From contig OZ255836.1 of the NCBI GenBank assembly GCA_965277715.1, forward strand, positions 2,944,001-3,008,000: a stretch of 64,000 bases of DNA, in the 5' to 3' direction. Shown in pieces: positions 52,054 through 61,511 of the stretch. Source of the stretch: Gammaproteobacteria bacterium. GTDB taxonomy: Bacteria > Pseudomonadota > Gammaproteobacteria > JBCCGL01. Position 1 is the stretch's first letter; every line of letters begins with the position of its first letter. A program made the position numbers and the translations under genes. A model generated the notes under the pieces. That model saw only the letters and a list, made by a program, of their open reading frames with translations. It ran no database searches and was not told the origin of the DNA.

Positions 52054-53238
52054 TTACTCAGCTTCCAGCACGGCAGGTAGCGCACGCTGCAGGGCCATCT
52101 TCTCAATCACCATCGAACCGGTAAGTGCAAACCCTAACAATTCACCTGTCACACCCTCAAAACGGCTTTTAACGCCGACTTCCGCACCACCTTCAGCTAT
52201 TTCACTGCGCCACTCCCCAGCACCAAAATCGGCGGGTGGGGAAACCACAATAGGATAAGAGGGTGTCTTCACCGCTACCGGCATAGCGGGAAAAACCACT
52301 TTACCCGGCTCACCCTGCAGGGTTTTTGCCAGCACTTTCGAGGCCAGCATAATCGGCATAACATAAGGCATCACCAAGCCACAAATTTCGGCACAGTCAC
52401 CCAGTGCATAGACATTATCAGCACTGGTTTGCAGGTATTGATCGGTCACAATACCGCGCTGTGTATCAATGCCCGCCGAGCGGGCAAGCGCCGTATTAGG
52501 CACCAGCCCGGCGGCAGATAACACCAGATCGGCATCCAGCGTTGTACCACTGTCCAGGGTTAACCTAAGCACACCCTCACCGTGATTGACCTCAGCAACT
52601 GTATTGCCAAGCACCCACTCAACACCTTGCTTTGACAGCACCACCTTGAGTGCTTCACCCGCACACTGTGGCATCAGCCGCTCCAGCGGCCAGCGGTCTG
52701 GCCCGATCACCGTGACCCGCTTACCAATATTCGACAAATCATTGGCAAACTCACAACCGATCAAACCTGGGCCAATCAATGCAACGCGTGACGCCGTTTC
52801 CAGCTGCTGGCGAAACACTGCGTAATCGGCCAAATCGTTCACACTGATAATCTCAGCTACTCCATCCCCTCGAATCGGCAGGCAGACCTGACTGGCCCCT
52901 GTAGCCAACACCAGCGATGAATAAGACAATGTTTCTGTACCTTCATCACGCTGAATATCCACTTGCCGGGAAACCGTATCAATCGCCAATACGGTGGCAT
53001 TATTCAACACATTCAGCAGCAACGATTCAGCCATCTGTGCAGCATTTTGTGTGGCCAGTTGATCGGCTGTCTTTTGCTTACTCAAGCCATTGGAAAGCAT
53101 CGGCTTTGAATAGAACCGGCCATCATCACGGGAAATAATTGCAATAGGCGTTTGTTTATCTTTTTTGCGCAACTCTTTCGCCAAGGTGTACCCTGCCAGA
53201 CCGCTGCCGATAATAATAATGGGTTCCAATACTGTCAC
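52054..53238 (-). CDS. Rubredoxin-NAD(+) reductase-like FAD oxidoreductase
   Basis: IIGSGLAGY, YSKPMLS, GLIGCEFANDL, ALGDCAE, MPVAVKTP. Confidence 0.88.
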   Translation of the reverse strand: MTVLEPIIIIGSGLAGYTLAKELRKKDKQTPIAIISRDDGRFYSKPMLSNGLSKQKTADQLATQNAAQMAESLLLNVLNNATVLAIDTVSRQVDIQRDEGTETLSYSSLVLATGASQVCLPIRGDGVAEIISVNDLADYAVFRQQLETASRVALIGPGLIGCEFANDLSNIGKRVTVIGPDRWPLERLMPQCAGEALKVVLSKQGVEWVLGNTVAEVNHGEGVLRLTLDSGTTLDADLVLSAAGLVPNTALARSAGIDTQRGIVTDQYLQTSADNVYALGDCAEICGLVMPYVMPIMLASKVLAKTLQGEPGKVVFPAMPVAVKTPSYPIVVSPPADFGAGEWRSEIAEGGAEVGVKSRFEGVTGELLGFALTGSMVIEKMALQRALPAVLEAE

Positions 53239-53653
53239 TCTGTGGTTTTACCAAGACGCGAAAGATAGCCTTGCAGCTCACATTTGTCTATGCCTGAACA
53301 CCAGTACACCGTCTACCTTATATTGTCGGGTTCAGCGTTGTTTTTGCTCACCATAGCACCACAATGATTGCGCAAAAACGCCTTGCTCTGCATCGATATA
53401 TGACTGCCAGATGGATTCATGCGGGTAGGTATCGACTCGCCACAGCCCGCTTAAACACACGATATGACAAAAAAGTAATTCTGGCCCAAAACCAAAAAAA
53501 TATTTTTTTATGATAAAAATCAATAGGTTATATGTTTTCAACCCGCTCTATCGAATATTGCAAAAGTTAAATTGACTGGAACTATTGCGTATTTATGCCT
53601 ACTTATCTACATATGTAGTTAAAGATAGCTGGGTAAATGCCTGTTTACTTTGC

Positions 53654-53701
53654 CGAGACCCCATGTATTGACTTGTGTGCAAGTCAATACATGGGGTCTA
53701 G
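53654..53701. repeat. 48-bp palindrome, family C, copy 2
   Basis: CGAGACCCCATGTATTGACTTG-TGTG-CAAGTCAATACATGGGGTCTAG (near-perfect). Confidence 0.9.
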
Positions 53702-53765
53702 CGCATCAACCCATATATCAAACCTGGCTGGCAGCCATTTATATAACAACCGAGGGATAGCGTAA

Positions 53766-55208
53766 ATGAACGACCAAGACCCACTATCAACCAAACCTGC
53801 AACCCATCGGCAACAACGGGATAGCGACGAGGTACATCGGCTGCATGCAATGCTTGAGGCATTGCCTGTTTCAACAGAGCTATGCACACTGGAAGACGGC
53901 CGTATCGTCTTTGCCAATCCATCAGTGCTACAAAATTTTCTCACAACCCTGACCGGTATAAGCGAGAGCGAAGAAAAATACCGGCGAATATTTGAACTGC
54001 AATCAGATGCTGTATTTATTATGGAGGGGGAATCGCTGGCTATCATCGATTGCAATCAAGCGGCGATGACAATGTATGGCTATACCCAGGAGGCTTTCCT
54101 GTTATTGCGCCAGCGCGATTTATCCGCTGAACCAGAGGACAGCGCGGCGTTTATTTTCAACCTTCAAGACACTGACCGCAGTCAACACTTCGAACGCCAG
54201 CACAAGCGATCTGACGGAACCGTTTTCCCTGTAGAGGGCACCACCGCCTGCTTCACCGTTGCCGGGAAGAAAATCTTTTGCTCGATTGTGCGCGATGTCA
54301 GTTTACGCAAACGCTTTGAACAAGCATTGCAGGAAAGCAGTACACGCTTTCACGCCATTGCCGAGGCATCCCCACTGCCATTGGTGATCAGTCGACTGAG
54401 CGATGGTTGTATCGTCTACGCCAACGATAAAGCGGAGAGCGAGCTGTTGCTTTCAAAAGCATCCATTACCGGTGCCAATATCAAAGAAATATTCCGCAAC
54501 GAAAATCAACACAATCAGATTATTGAAGCTATGCGCAAACATACGCGGGTCAGCGATATCGAGGTCTCATTTCGTGACCGCAACAAGAAAAAGCGCTGGC
54601 TCTCAGCCACTGCCAGCCTGATCACATTCCTGGGCGAGGAGTGTGTTGCCACCGGGTTTATCGATGTTACCGAATCGCACCAAATGGCCAAACAACTGAA
54701 GTATCAGGCCAGCCATGACTCATTGACCGGGTTGGTCAACCGCCGTGAATTTGAAGCCCGGCTAAAGCGCACGCTAATCAGTGCAAAACGCAATAAAACA
54801 CACCATGTGCTGTGTTATCTCGACCTCGATAAATTCAAACAGGTTAACGATGCAGCGGGGCATGAAGCGGGGGATGCACTGTTAAAGTCTCTATCGAACC
54901 GATTGCGCCAATCACTCAGGCACCGCGATACACTGGCACGCCTCGGTGGTGACGAATTTGCAGTGATTGTCGAACACTGTTCACTGGAAGAAGCGCTTAT
55001 CGTTTCCAGTAATTTGCGCAAGGCCATCCAATCAGTTGCATTTTCGTGGCATGGGCAAGATTTTGAAATAGGTGTAAGTATTGGGCTGGTTACAATCGAT
55101 TCATCCAGCGGCAATGCATCCTCTGTGCTGAAAGCCGCAGACCGGGCCTGTTATGCAGCTAAAAATACCGGTAGAAATCGCATACACACGTTTGACCCAC
55201 ACACTTAA
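53766..55208 (+). CDS. PAS-PAS-GGDEF diguanylate cyclase
   Basis: PAS/PAC repeats, HDSLTGLVNR, DLDKFKQVND, RLGGDEF. Confidence 0.92.
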   Translation: MNDQDPLSTKPATHRQQRDSDEVHRLHAMLEALPVSTELCTLEDGRIVFANPSVLQNFLTTLTGISESEEKYRRIFELQSDAVFIMEGESLAIIDCNQAAMTMYGYTQEAFLLLRQRDLSAEPEDSAAFIFNLQDTDRSQHFERQHKRSDGTVFPVEGTTACFTVAGKKIFCSIVRDVSLRKRFEQALQESSTRFHAIAEASPLPLVISRLSDGCIVYANDKAESELLLSKASITGANIKEIFRNENQHNQIIEAMRKHTRVSDIEVSFRDRNKKKRWLSATASLITFLGEECVATGFIDVTESHQMAKQLKYQASHDSLTGLVNRREFEARLKRTLISAKRNKTHHVLCYLDLDKFKQVNDAAGHEAGDALLKSLSNRLRQSLRHRDTLARLGGDEFAVIVEHCSLEEALIVSSNLRKAIQSVAFSWHGQDFEIGVSIGLVTIDSSSGNASSVLKAADRACYAAKNTGRNRIHTFDPHT

Positions 55209-55307
55209 TGCACCTCAACATATTGCACGCTATTGGCGTGGATTACTGTCAAGGGTTTGCACTGAACCGCCCTGTACCTATTGGCGCCTAAGTAGATAAA
55301 TAAACAC

Positions 55308-55336
55308 AAAAAAAACGCACTCCAGGGAGTGCGTTT
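55308..55336 (-). terminator. Rho-independent terminator after the cold-shock gene
   Basis: AAACGCACTCC/GGAGTGCGTTT stem followed by a U-tract on the minus strand. Confidence 0.8.
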
Positions 55337-55374
55337 CGACTCTATCAGGATTACCTCAACGCGTTATACCCTGG

Positions 55375-55587
55375 TCACTCGACGGGGGTAACATCCTCGG
55401 CCTGCAAACCCTTCTGTCCCTGTGTAACGGAAAACTCAACGTGTTGGCCTTCATTAAGTGAGCGATACCCATCGCCTTGAATAGCGCGAAAATGTACAAA
55501 AACATCCTCGCCTTCAGCGCGCTGGATAAACCCAAAGCCTTTAGAATTGTCGAACCATTTAACGGTTCCAGTTTCGCGTTCTGACAT
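55375..55587 (-). CDS. Cold-shock protein
   Basis: GTVKWF..SKGFGFI, DVFVHF. Confidence 0.96.
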   Translation of the reverse strand: MSERETGTVKWFDNSKGFGFIQRAEGEDVFVHFRAIQGDGYRSLNEGQHVEFSVTQGQKGLQAEDVTPVE

Positions 55588-55999
55588 CTTATTTGCCCCT
55601 CTACTCCTCGTTATATTTTATGTACATGCGTGCATAACCATACACACCGTAGCATTATCTACCAAATGACCTCAAAACGGAAAAAATAACGCGCCCGTTA
55701 TTCTGGCTAAAGCCACTTTTGAATCGAATTCACGCTGCCTTATCACCCAATAACTCCAGAAAACCACCCTATCATCACTTCCACGGTTGTGCGTATAGCC
55801 CCTCTTTTTCCACCCGCTCATATTGTGTTCCCTACTCGGCAATACGCCCCTGACCGGTAACCACCAACCGATCCAGTGCCGCAATAGTCAATACACGGTG
55901 GGCGGCGGGCGATGGTCATCACTATCACTGTAAAGCAAACATCACCCGACGAGGCATTCTGTTCGTCGAGGGGTATTTAATACGCAACCTTGTGATTAG

Positions 56000-57157
56000 T
56001 TACTCACTCAATCGCTCCAACAGCGCCGACAACATAGCATCACACTGCGCAAGTTGATTCAACGCAACATATTCATCCGCCCGGTGTGCCTGCAATATGC
56101 TGCCGGGACCACAGACCACGGCGGGTACACCGAGGCGATCACTGAATAACCCCCCTTCAGTACCAAAACTGACTTTGCCGTGTGATTGGTCACTGAGCAG
56201 GCTTTTTACAAAGCCAACAATGTCAGCATCTGGCGCGGTAAATAGCCCGGGGTATTGGGTTTTTTCGGTGAGTTCGATGCTGGCATCCGCAAATACGCTA
56301 CGCATTTCCGGTAGTAAAGTTTGTTCGATAAAGCGTTTGATTTGGTCGATGAGTGCCTGCGGGTTTTGCTGTGGCAAATGGCGAATTTCAAAGTCGAAGC
56401 GGCAGTGGGCGGGCACGATATTAGCCGCCGTACCACCAGCGATAGTGCCAACATTGAGTGTGGTATAAGGCACGCGGTAATCGTGTTCAAACGGGCCATC
56501 GCTGATGATTGTTTGTTGCAGTTGGTGGATGCAGTGGATTATTCGTGCCGCGTAGATCACGGCATTGACGCCTTCGGTGGTGTACGCAGAGTGTGCGTTG
56601 CGGCCCTTGACGGCAACATCAAAGGCACATTTACCCTTGTGGCCGATCACAACCTGCATTGAAGTCGGCTCGCCGATAATCGCCATAGCGGGCCTGATGG
56701 GCTGATGGGCCAGCATATCGATCAGCGTGCGCACACCGATACAGCCGATTTCTTCATCGTAGGAAAAAGCCAGATGGATGGGAGTGTGCAGGTTCCGCGA
56801 GGCCATCTCCGGCACGGCGGCGAGCACGCAGGCGATAAAGCCTTTCATATCGGCTGAGCCACGTGCGTATAAGCGATCATCTTTTTCGGTCAATTGAAAA
56901 GGATCACTCGACCAGCTTTGCCCGTCGACGGGCACCACATCAGTATGCCCGGATAACATCACTCCCGGCTTATCCTGCGGGCCTATAGTGGCGTATAGAT
57001 TCGCTTTTTCACCGCTGGCGTCATGCACCCGTTGACTATTGATGCCGTACTCGCTCAGATAGCTTTGCAGATAGTCGATCAGCGCCAGATTGGAATTGCG
57101 GCTAGTCGTGTCAAAAGCCACCAGCGTTTGCAGAATATCGTGGGTTTTATTATTCAT
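56000..57157 (-). CDS. argE: ArgE/M20-family N-acyl amino acid deacylase
   Basis: SGHTDVVP, RGSADMKG, DEEIGC, GEPT, AHRADE. Its role is probably catabolic in this cluster. Confidence 0.85.
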   Translation of the reverse strand: MNNKTHDILQTLVAFDTTSRNSNLALIDYLQSYLSEYGINSQRVHDASGEKANLYATIGPQDKPGVMLSGHTDVVPVDGQSWSSDPFQLTEKDDRLYARGSADMKGFIACVLAAVPEMASRNLHTPIHLAFSYDEEIGCIGVRTLIDMLAHQPIRPAMAIIGEPTSMQVVIGHKGKCAFDVAVKGRNAHSAYTTEGVNAVIYAARIIHCIHQLQQTIISDGPFEHDYRVPYTTLNVGTIAGGTAANIVPAHCRFDFEIRHLPQQNPQALIDQIKRFIEQTLLPEMRSVFADASIELTEKTQYPGLFTAPDADIVGFVKSLLSDQSHGKVSFGTEGGLFSDRLGVPAVVCGPGSILQAHRADEYVALNQLAQCDAMLSALLERLSE

Positions 57158-57210
57158 AATGAGTTCAGCGTTGCGTTGTTTTTACTCATCCGCAGAAACA
57201 AAAATCAAAC

Positions 57211-57258
57211 CTGGGCCCCGTGTATTAACATGTACACAAGTAAATACATGGGGTAGCG
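57211..57258. repeat. Palindrome family C, copy 3 (degenerate)
   Basis: CTGGGCCCCGTGTATTAACATGTACACAAGTAAATACATGGGGTAG. Confidence 0.8.
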
Positions 57259-58290
57259 TTATGCCCCCTCGAAACCACTAAGCACATTAACAGCATTAAC
57301 ACCAATTTCCTCAACGGCATAACCGCCTTCCATAATAAACAGTGTAGGCCGTTTAAGCGTCGCAATACGCGCACCATAGTCGCTAAAATCATCACTTTTG
57401 AGCTTAAAAAATGAGATAGGATCGTTTTCAAACGTATCGACACCCAATGAAATAATCAGGGCATCCGGCGAATAACCGGCGATTTTTTTGATGGCATCGT
57501 CGAGCGCCGCTGACCAGCGGGCGTAATCAGTATTGGGGGGGAGTGGGTAATTGATATTGTAGCCTTCAGCACCACTGCCCCCACGCTCGTCGGCGTAGCC
57601 CAGAAAGTGCGGAAAGGCATCGAGTGGATCACCGTGCAGCGAGACAAACAAAACATCGGGGCGGTCATAAAAAATCGCCTGGGTGCCGTTGCCGTGATGG
57701 AAGTCAACATCGAGCACCGCCACGCGTTTGGCCCCCTGATCAATAAAGGTTTGCGCGCAGACAGCGGCGTTGTTAATAAAACAGTAACCACCGTAGGCAT
57801 CGCGTGAGGCGTGGTGCCCCGGTGGTCGACACAGGGCAAACGCCGAGCTGGCACCGCTAGCGATTTGCGCCTGCGCGGTTAAGGCAACATTGGCACTGGC
57901 TTTTGCCGCCTCCCAGGTGCCATCAGAAATCGAGGTCTCGGTCGCCAGGCAGTAGTAACCCATTTTGCCTTCGATGTGCTTGGGTACACGGGTGCCCGGC
58001 ATTGAACGGCTCGGTGATACCGTGGGGATGGCCTCGCCATTCATGCCCAACGCTTTCCACTCACTCCAGCAGCTTTGTAAAAAGTCGATAAACTCTGGAT
58101 CGTGTACCCGGCAGATTTGTGACAGGCCAAATTCATCGGGGGCATCGACAGCACCCAGACCGACTTCTTTTACCCGTGCAAGCACGTATTCTGCACGCAC
58201 CGGACACTCGAATGGCGGGACAAACTCACCACCGTAGAGCTCTGTTTTGGCGGCGCGAAGGGCGTGTTTTTCTGTGTAAACCGTGCGCAT
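57259..58290 (-). CDS. Histone-deacetylase-family acetylpolyamine amidohydrolase-like protein
   Basis: RPPGHHA, GGYC..NN, DVDFHHGNGTQ, SLGVD, MEGGY. Confidence 0.9.
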   Translation of the reverse strand: MRTVYTEKHALRAAKTELYGGEFVPPFECPVRAEYVLARVKEVGLGAVDAPDEFGLSQICRVHDPEFIDFLQSCWSEWKALGMNGEAIPTVSPSRSMPGTRVPKHIEGKMGYYCLATETSISDGTWEAAKASANVALTAQAQIASGASSAFALCRPPGHHASRDAYGGYCFINNAAVCAQTFIDQGAKRVAVLDVDFHHGNGTQAIFYDRPDVLFVSLHGDPLDAFPHFLGYADERGGSGAEGYNINYPLPPNTDYARWSAALDDAIKKIAGYSPDALIISLGVDTFENDPISFFKLKSDDFSDYGARIATLKRPTLFIMEGGYAVEEIGVNAVNVLSGFEGA

Positions 58291-58330
58291 TTATTCCTCC
58301 ACTGTGTAGTAGTCAACGGCAGTTTTTAGG

Positions 58331-59479
58331 TCAGTGCATCCAGCGGGCAAAGAAGTCTTGCGTGTGTTGAATGAATGACTGTAGTGCGGTACTTATTGTC
58401 AGGTCACGCCGGTGTATCAGTGCCATACGGGCGGGTGTGACCGGCTCGACAATTGGCCGGGTCACTACCGCAGAGCCGTCATAGGTCATCGCGTTTGCCG
58501 GTTTAGAGACCAGGATGCTGTAACCCAAACCGTTGCCGACCATACCGCGCACCATTTCAAACGAGGGCGAGCGAAAGGCAATGTTTGGCGATAAGCCCAG
58601 CTCCGAAAACAGCGAGGTGAAGTAATCTCTGCTCGGTGAAATATCCAGCAGTACCATAGGCTCATCAGCCAGTTCGTGCAGGGATATCTGCGCTTTTTGC
58701 GCCAGCGGGTGGGCGGCGGGTAGCAGCACCAGTGCAGCGACTTCGGCGAGCAGGGTGGAGGTGAATTCATCACCCAGCAGGTAATCGTAGCCGAGTGCAA
58801 TATCAAACTGGCGCTCTTTCAAACCTTTGAGCAGGCGGTCTTGGGTGCCTTCATGCAGGTCAAATGTCGCCTGGTGGGTTTTCAGGTAGCTAGTGATGAG
58901 CTGCGGCATAAAAAATGGCCCCAGGGTCACAAAGCAGCCGAGTTTTAGTGCATTGCTCTCTGCGCTTTGGCCGCGCAGATCCACGAAGTCATCGATCTGT
59001 ACCGCCCGGCCATAGGCGCGGTTGGCGTAAACCAGCGCCCGGCCTTCCTCCTGGTAGCGAATATCTTCAACGGTAGCGATAAAAATAAAGTGCGAGCCAA
59101 ATTGTGAGAACTGCTCAACGCGGCAATCAAAATTGGCCAGGGCATCGGCCAGGGCCGGGGCGGCGGTTTTACAGGTGATCCATTCGGCACAGGAGAAGGG
59201 GTCGCCTTCTGTCGGGGCCGGGCGGCGACCGGCAAAGGTGTCTGAGACGTAGGATTGGTCATCGCGCAGTATATTCACACACAGTACACCGTTCTTTTGC
59301 AGGGCATCGCAGGCTTTGCTCTGGTGGTGAACGCAAACCAATAGCGAAGGCGGGTCCGCAGAGACCGAGCACATGGCACTGACTGTTACACCCATGCGCC
59401 CGTGTTCGCCGTCAGTAGTAATCACCGAAACGGTCGAAGCCGCGTGGCTCATGCCCTGTAAAAAACTATCACGCATCAT
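58331..59479 (-). CDS. Flavin reductase (HpaC/RutF-like) fused to a LysR substrate-binding domain, no HTH
   Basis: N-terminal V.VITT...G.TVSA.CSVS.DPPSLLVC...GSH.IF; C-terminal LysR effector domain (EG.Q..L...L...DIAL, HPLA...SL.EL..EP, EMVRGMV..GLGYSIL). Confidence 0.85.
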   Translation of the reverse strand: MMRDSFLQGMSHAASTVSVITTDGEHGRMGVTVSAMCSVSADPPSLLVCVHHQSKACDALQKNGVLCVNILRDDQSYVSDTFAGRRPAPTEGDPFSCAEWITCKTAAPALADALANFDCRVEQFSQFGSHFIFIATVEDIRYQEEGRALVYANRAYGRAVQIDDFVDLRGQSAESNALKLGCFVTLGPFFMPQLITSYLKTHQATFDLHEGTQDRLLKGLKERQFDIALGYDYLLGDEFTSTLLAEVAALVLLPAAHPLAQKAQISLHELADEPMVLLDISPSRDYFTSLFSELGLSPNIAFRSPSFEMVRGMVGNGLGYSILVSKPANAMTYDGSAVVTRPIVEPVTPARMALIHRRDLTISTALQSFIQHTQDFFARWMH

Positions 59480-59519
59480 AAGGTTAAACCCTTTAATCTA
59501 TACCCTTGTAGCGTAAAAA

Positions 59520-60926
59520 TCAGCCATTCCAGACACCTTCGTTGCGCATATCGTCCATCACCTCTTCGATGCCACTGCGCAAGGTGCTGACCAGTGTATC
59601 AATTTGCGCCGTCGTCATGACCAGCGGCGGTGAGAGTACATTGAGGTGTGCGATGGGGCGCACTAATACGCCGCGCTTTTCACAGGCATCAGCGATGCGG
59701 TTGCCGACATTAACCGATGGGTCGATTAGCGTCTTGGTGGTTTTGTCCGCGACATTTTCCACGCACATCATAAAGTGGCTACCGCGCACATCACCGACAA
59801 TGGGCAGATCACTCAGCGTGGCGAGCTGCTGTTCGAGGTACGGCCCGACTTTGCGCACATGACCGCAGATGTCTTCACGCTGCATAATGTCGATATTTTT
59901 CAGGCTCGCCGCACAGCACACCGGGTGACCGGAATAGGTAAAGCCGTGGGTGAACATAGCGCCCTCGGCCTGGGGCACACTGATAACATCGTAAAACGCA
60001 TCGGCTAACAGGTTGGCGGACAGCGGCGCATAAGCAGAGGTGAGCCCCTTGGCACAGCTGATAATATCCGGCTGGATGCCAAATACGTCTTCAGAGGCAA
60101 AGAAGTGGCCGAGCCGACCAAAGGCGGTGACGACTTCATCGGCGACATAGATAACGTCGTATTTTTTGCACAGGTCGAAGGTGCGTTTGTTATAGCCCTC
60201 GGGGGGTACTATCACCCCGCCAGCACCCATAATCGGTTCGGCAAAGAAAGCGGCAACATTTTCAGGGCCGAGGTCGAGTATTTTATTTTCCAGTTCATCG
60301 ACCAGGTGGTCACAAAAAGCGGCTTCTGACATGCCCTCTGGTCGGCGGTATACATTGGGTGAGGAGACGCGGTGCACCATATCCTCACCGACCAGATCAA
60401 ATCCCTGGTGGTCAAATGCCACGCCGGTCAATGACATAGCCATATAGGTGCTGCCGTGGTAGCCATCGTGGCGGGTGATGATTTTCTTTTTGGTTTTTTT
60501 GCCGAGGCGGTTGAAGTAAAAGTGAATCATGCGTACAGCGGTGTCGTTGGCCATAGAGCCACCGGTACCGAAGAATACATGGTTCATATGGCTGGGAGCC
60601 AGGCTGGCGAGTTTGGCCGCCAGCTCCGCCGCCGGAATCGATGTATGGTGCCCAAACGAGGAGTAGTACACCATCTTTTTTGCCTGCGCGGCCATCGCAT
60701 CGGCAATTTCATCGCGGCCATAACCGACGTTTACGCACCACAGGCCGGCAATGCCGTCGAGGTAGCGGTTGCCGTCTGAGTCGACGACATAACACCCTTC
60801 TGCCTCGGCAACCACTAGTGAACCGTGCTCTTTAAACGAGGCAAAATCCGTCCAGGGGTGCATGTAATGGTCTTTGTCCTTTTGCCAGATATCGCGGGTA
60901 TCGTAATGCGTTGGTGCTGTCGTCAT
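59520..60926 (-). CDS. Class III (omega) aminotransferase
   Basis: YLDGIAGLWCVN.G, YHGST, EPIMGAGG, DEVVTAFGRLG, AKGLTS.Y.P. Confidence 0.93.
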   Translation of the reverse strand: MTTAPTHYDTRDIWQKDKDHYMHPWTDFASFKEHGSLVVAEAEGCYVVDSDGNRYLDGIAGLWCVNVGYGRDEIADAMAAQAKKMVYYSSFGHHTSIPAAELAAKLASLAPSHMNHVFFGTGGSMANDTAVRMIHFYFNRLGKKTKKKIITRHDGYHGSTYMAMSLTGVAFDHQGFDLVGEDMVHRVSSPNVYRRPEGMSEAAFCDHLVDELENKILDLGPENVAAFFAEPIMGAGGVIVPPEGYNKRTFDLCKKYDVIYVADEVVTAFGRLGHFFASEDVFGIQPDIISCAKGLTSAYAPLSANLLADAFYDVISVPQAEGAMFTHGFTYSGHPVCCAASLKNIDIMQREDICGHVRKVGPYLEQQLATLSDLPIVGDVRGSHFMMCVENVADKTTKTLIDPSVNVGNRIADACEKRGVLVRPIAHLNVLSPPLVMTTAQIDTLVSTLRSGIEEVMDDMRNEGVWNG

Positions 60927-60976
60927 GCTGCCTCCAGTGAAGGATGTTATTTTAGTTGAGTGGATTTGATGTGGGT

Positions 60977-61357
60977 TTAATCGTCCGCAATGTTATCTTC
61001 GGGTGTTTCGATATAGACCGCGAGCACGCAGCCATCCTGTGTGTATGAGGTGTGTTGGGTGCCCGCTTTCAACCAGACCAGATCACCCGCACGGTAGACC
61101 GTGCCGTCGTTATCGACCAGCTCGCCGCTGAGCACAAGAAACTCTTCATCGGCGGTGTGCTCGTGTGCCTCAGTTTGACAACCGGGGTCCATCTTGTAGA
61201 CATGGAAGCCCACGCCATCGGGTTTGCTGGTGTTAAGTTGTAACAGACTGCTGCCGCTTTCGTCGCCGTTCTCCATCAGCCAGGGCTTGAACGCCGAGGT
61301 GTGGATATTGGCTATGCGGCGGTCTTCAGGGGCGGTTATTTTTAGCGGCATTGGCAT
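60977..61357 (-). CDS. ChrR-like cupin protein
   Basis: PG....HEH..EEFLVLSGEL.D..G....GD.V...GT.H. Confidence 0.8.
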   Translation of the reverse strand: MPMPLKITAPEDRRIANIHTSAFKPWLMENGDESGSSLLQLNTSKPDGVGFHVYKMDPGCQTEAHEHTADEEFLVLSGELVDNDGTVYRAGDLVWLKAGTQHTSYTQDGCVLAVYIETPEDNIADD

Positions 61358-61511
61358 TAGTCGGTTTGGGTGGTTTTCTTATCATATAACATGACTTGCC
61401 CATAGGCAGTAAATCCACAAAAATTCTGTGTAATAACCACGCTATAAACCGGTAAACTCGCCATTTTTTGATTGGGTTTCCCCGCCCGCTGTGGCCGGAA
61501 GAGTAGCGCAG

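Noticed and set aside
53239-53700. Expected rubredoxin gene upstream of the reductase
   Set aside because: No CxxC...CPxC small ORF found; the partner is presumably elsewhere.
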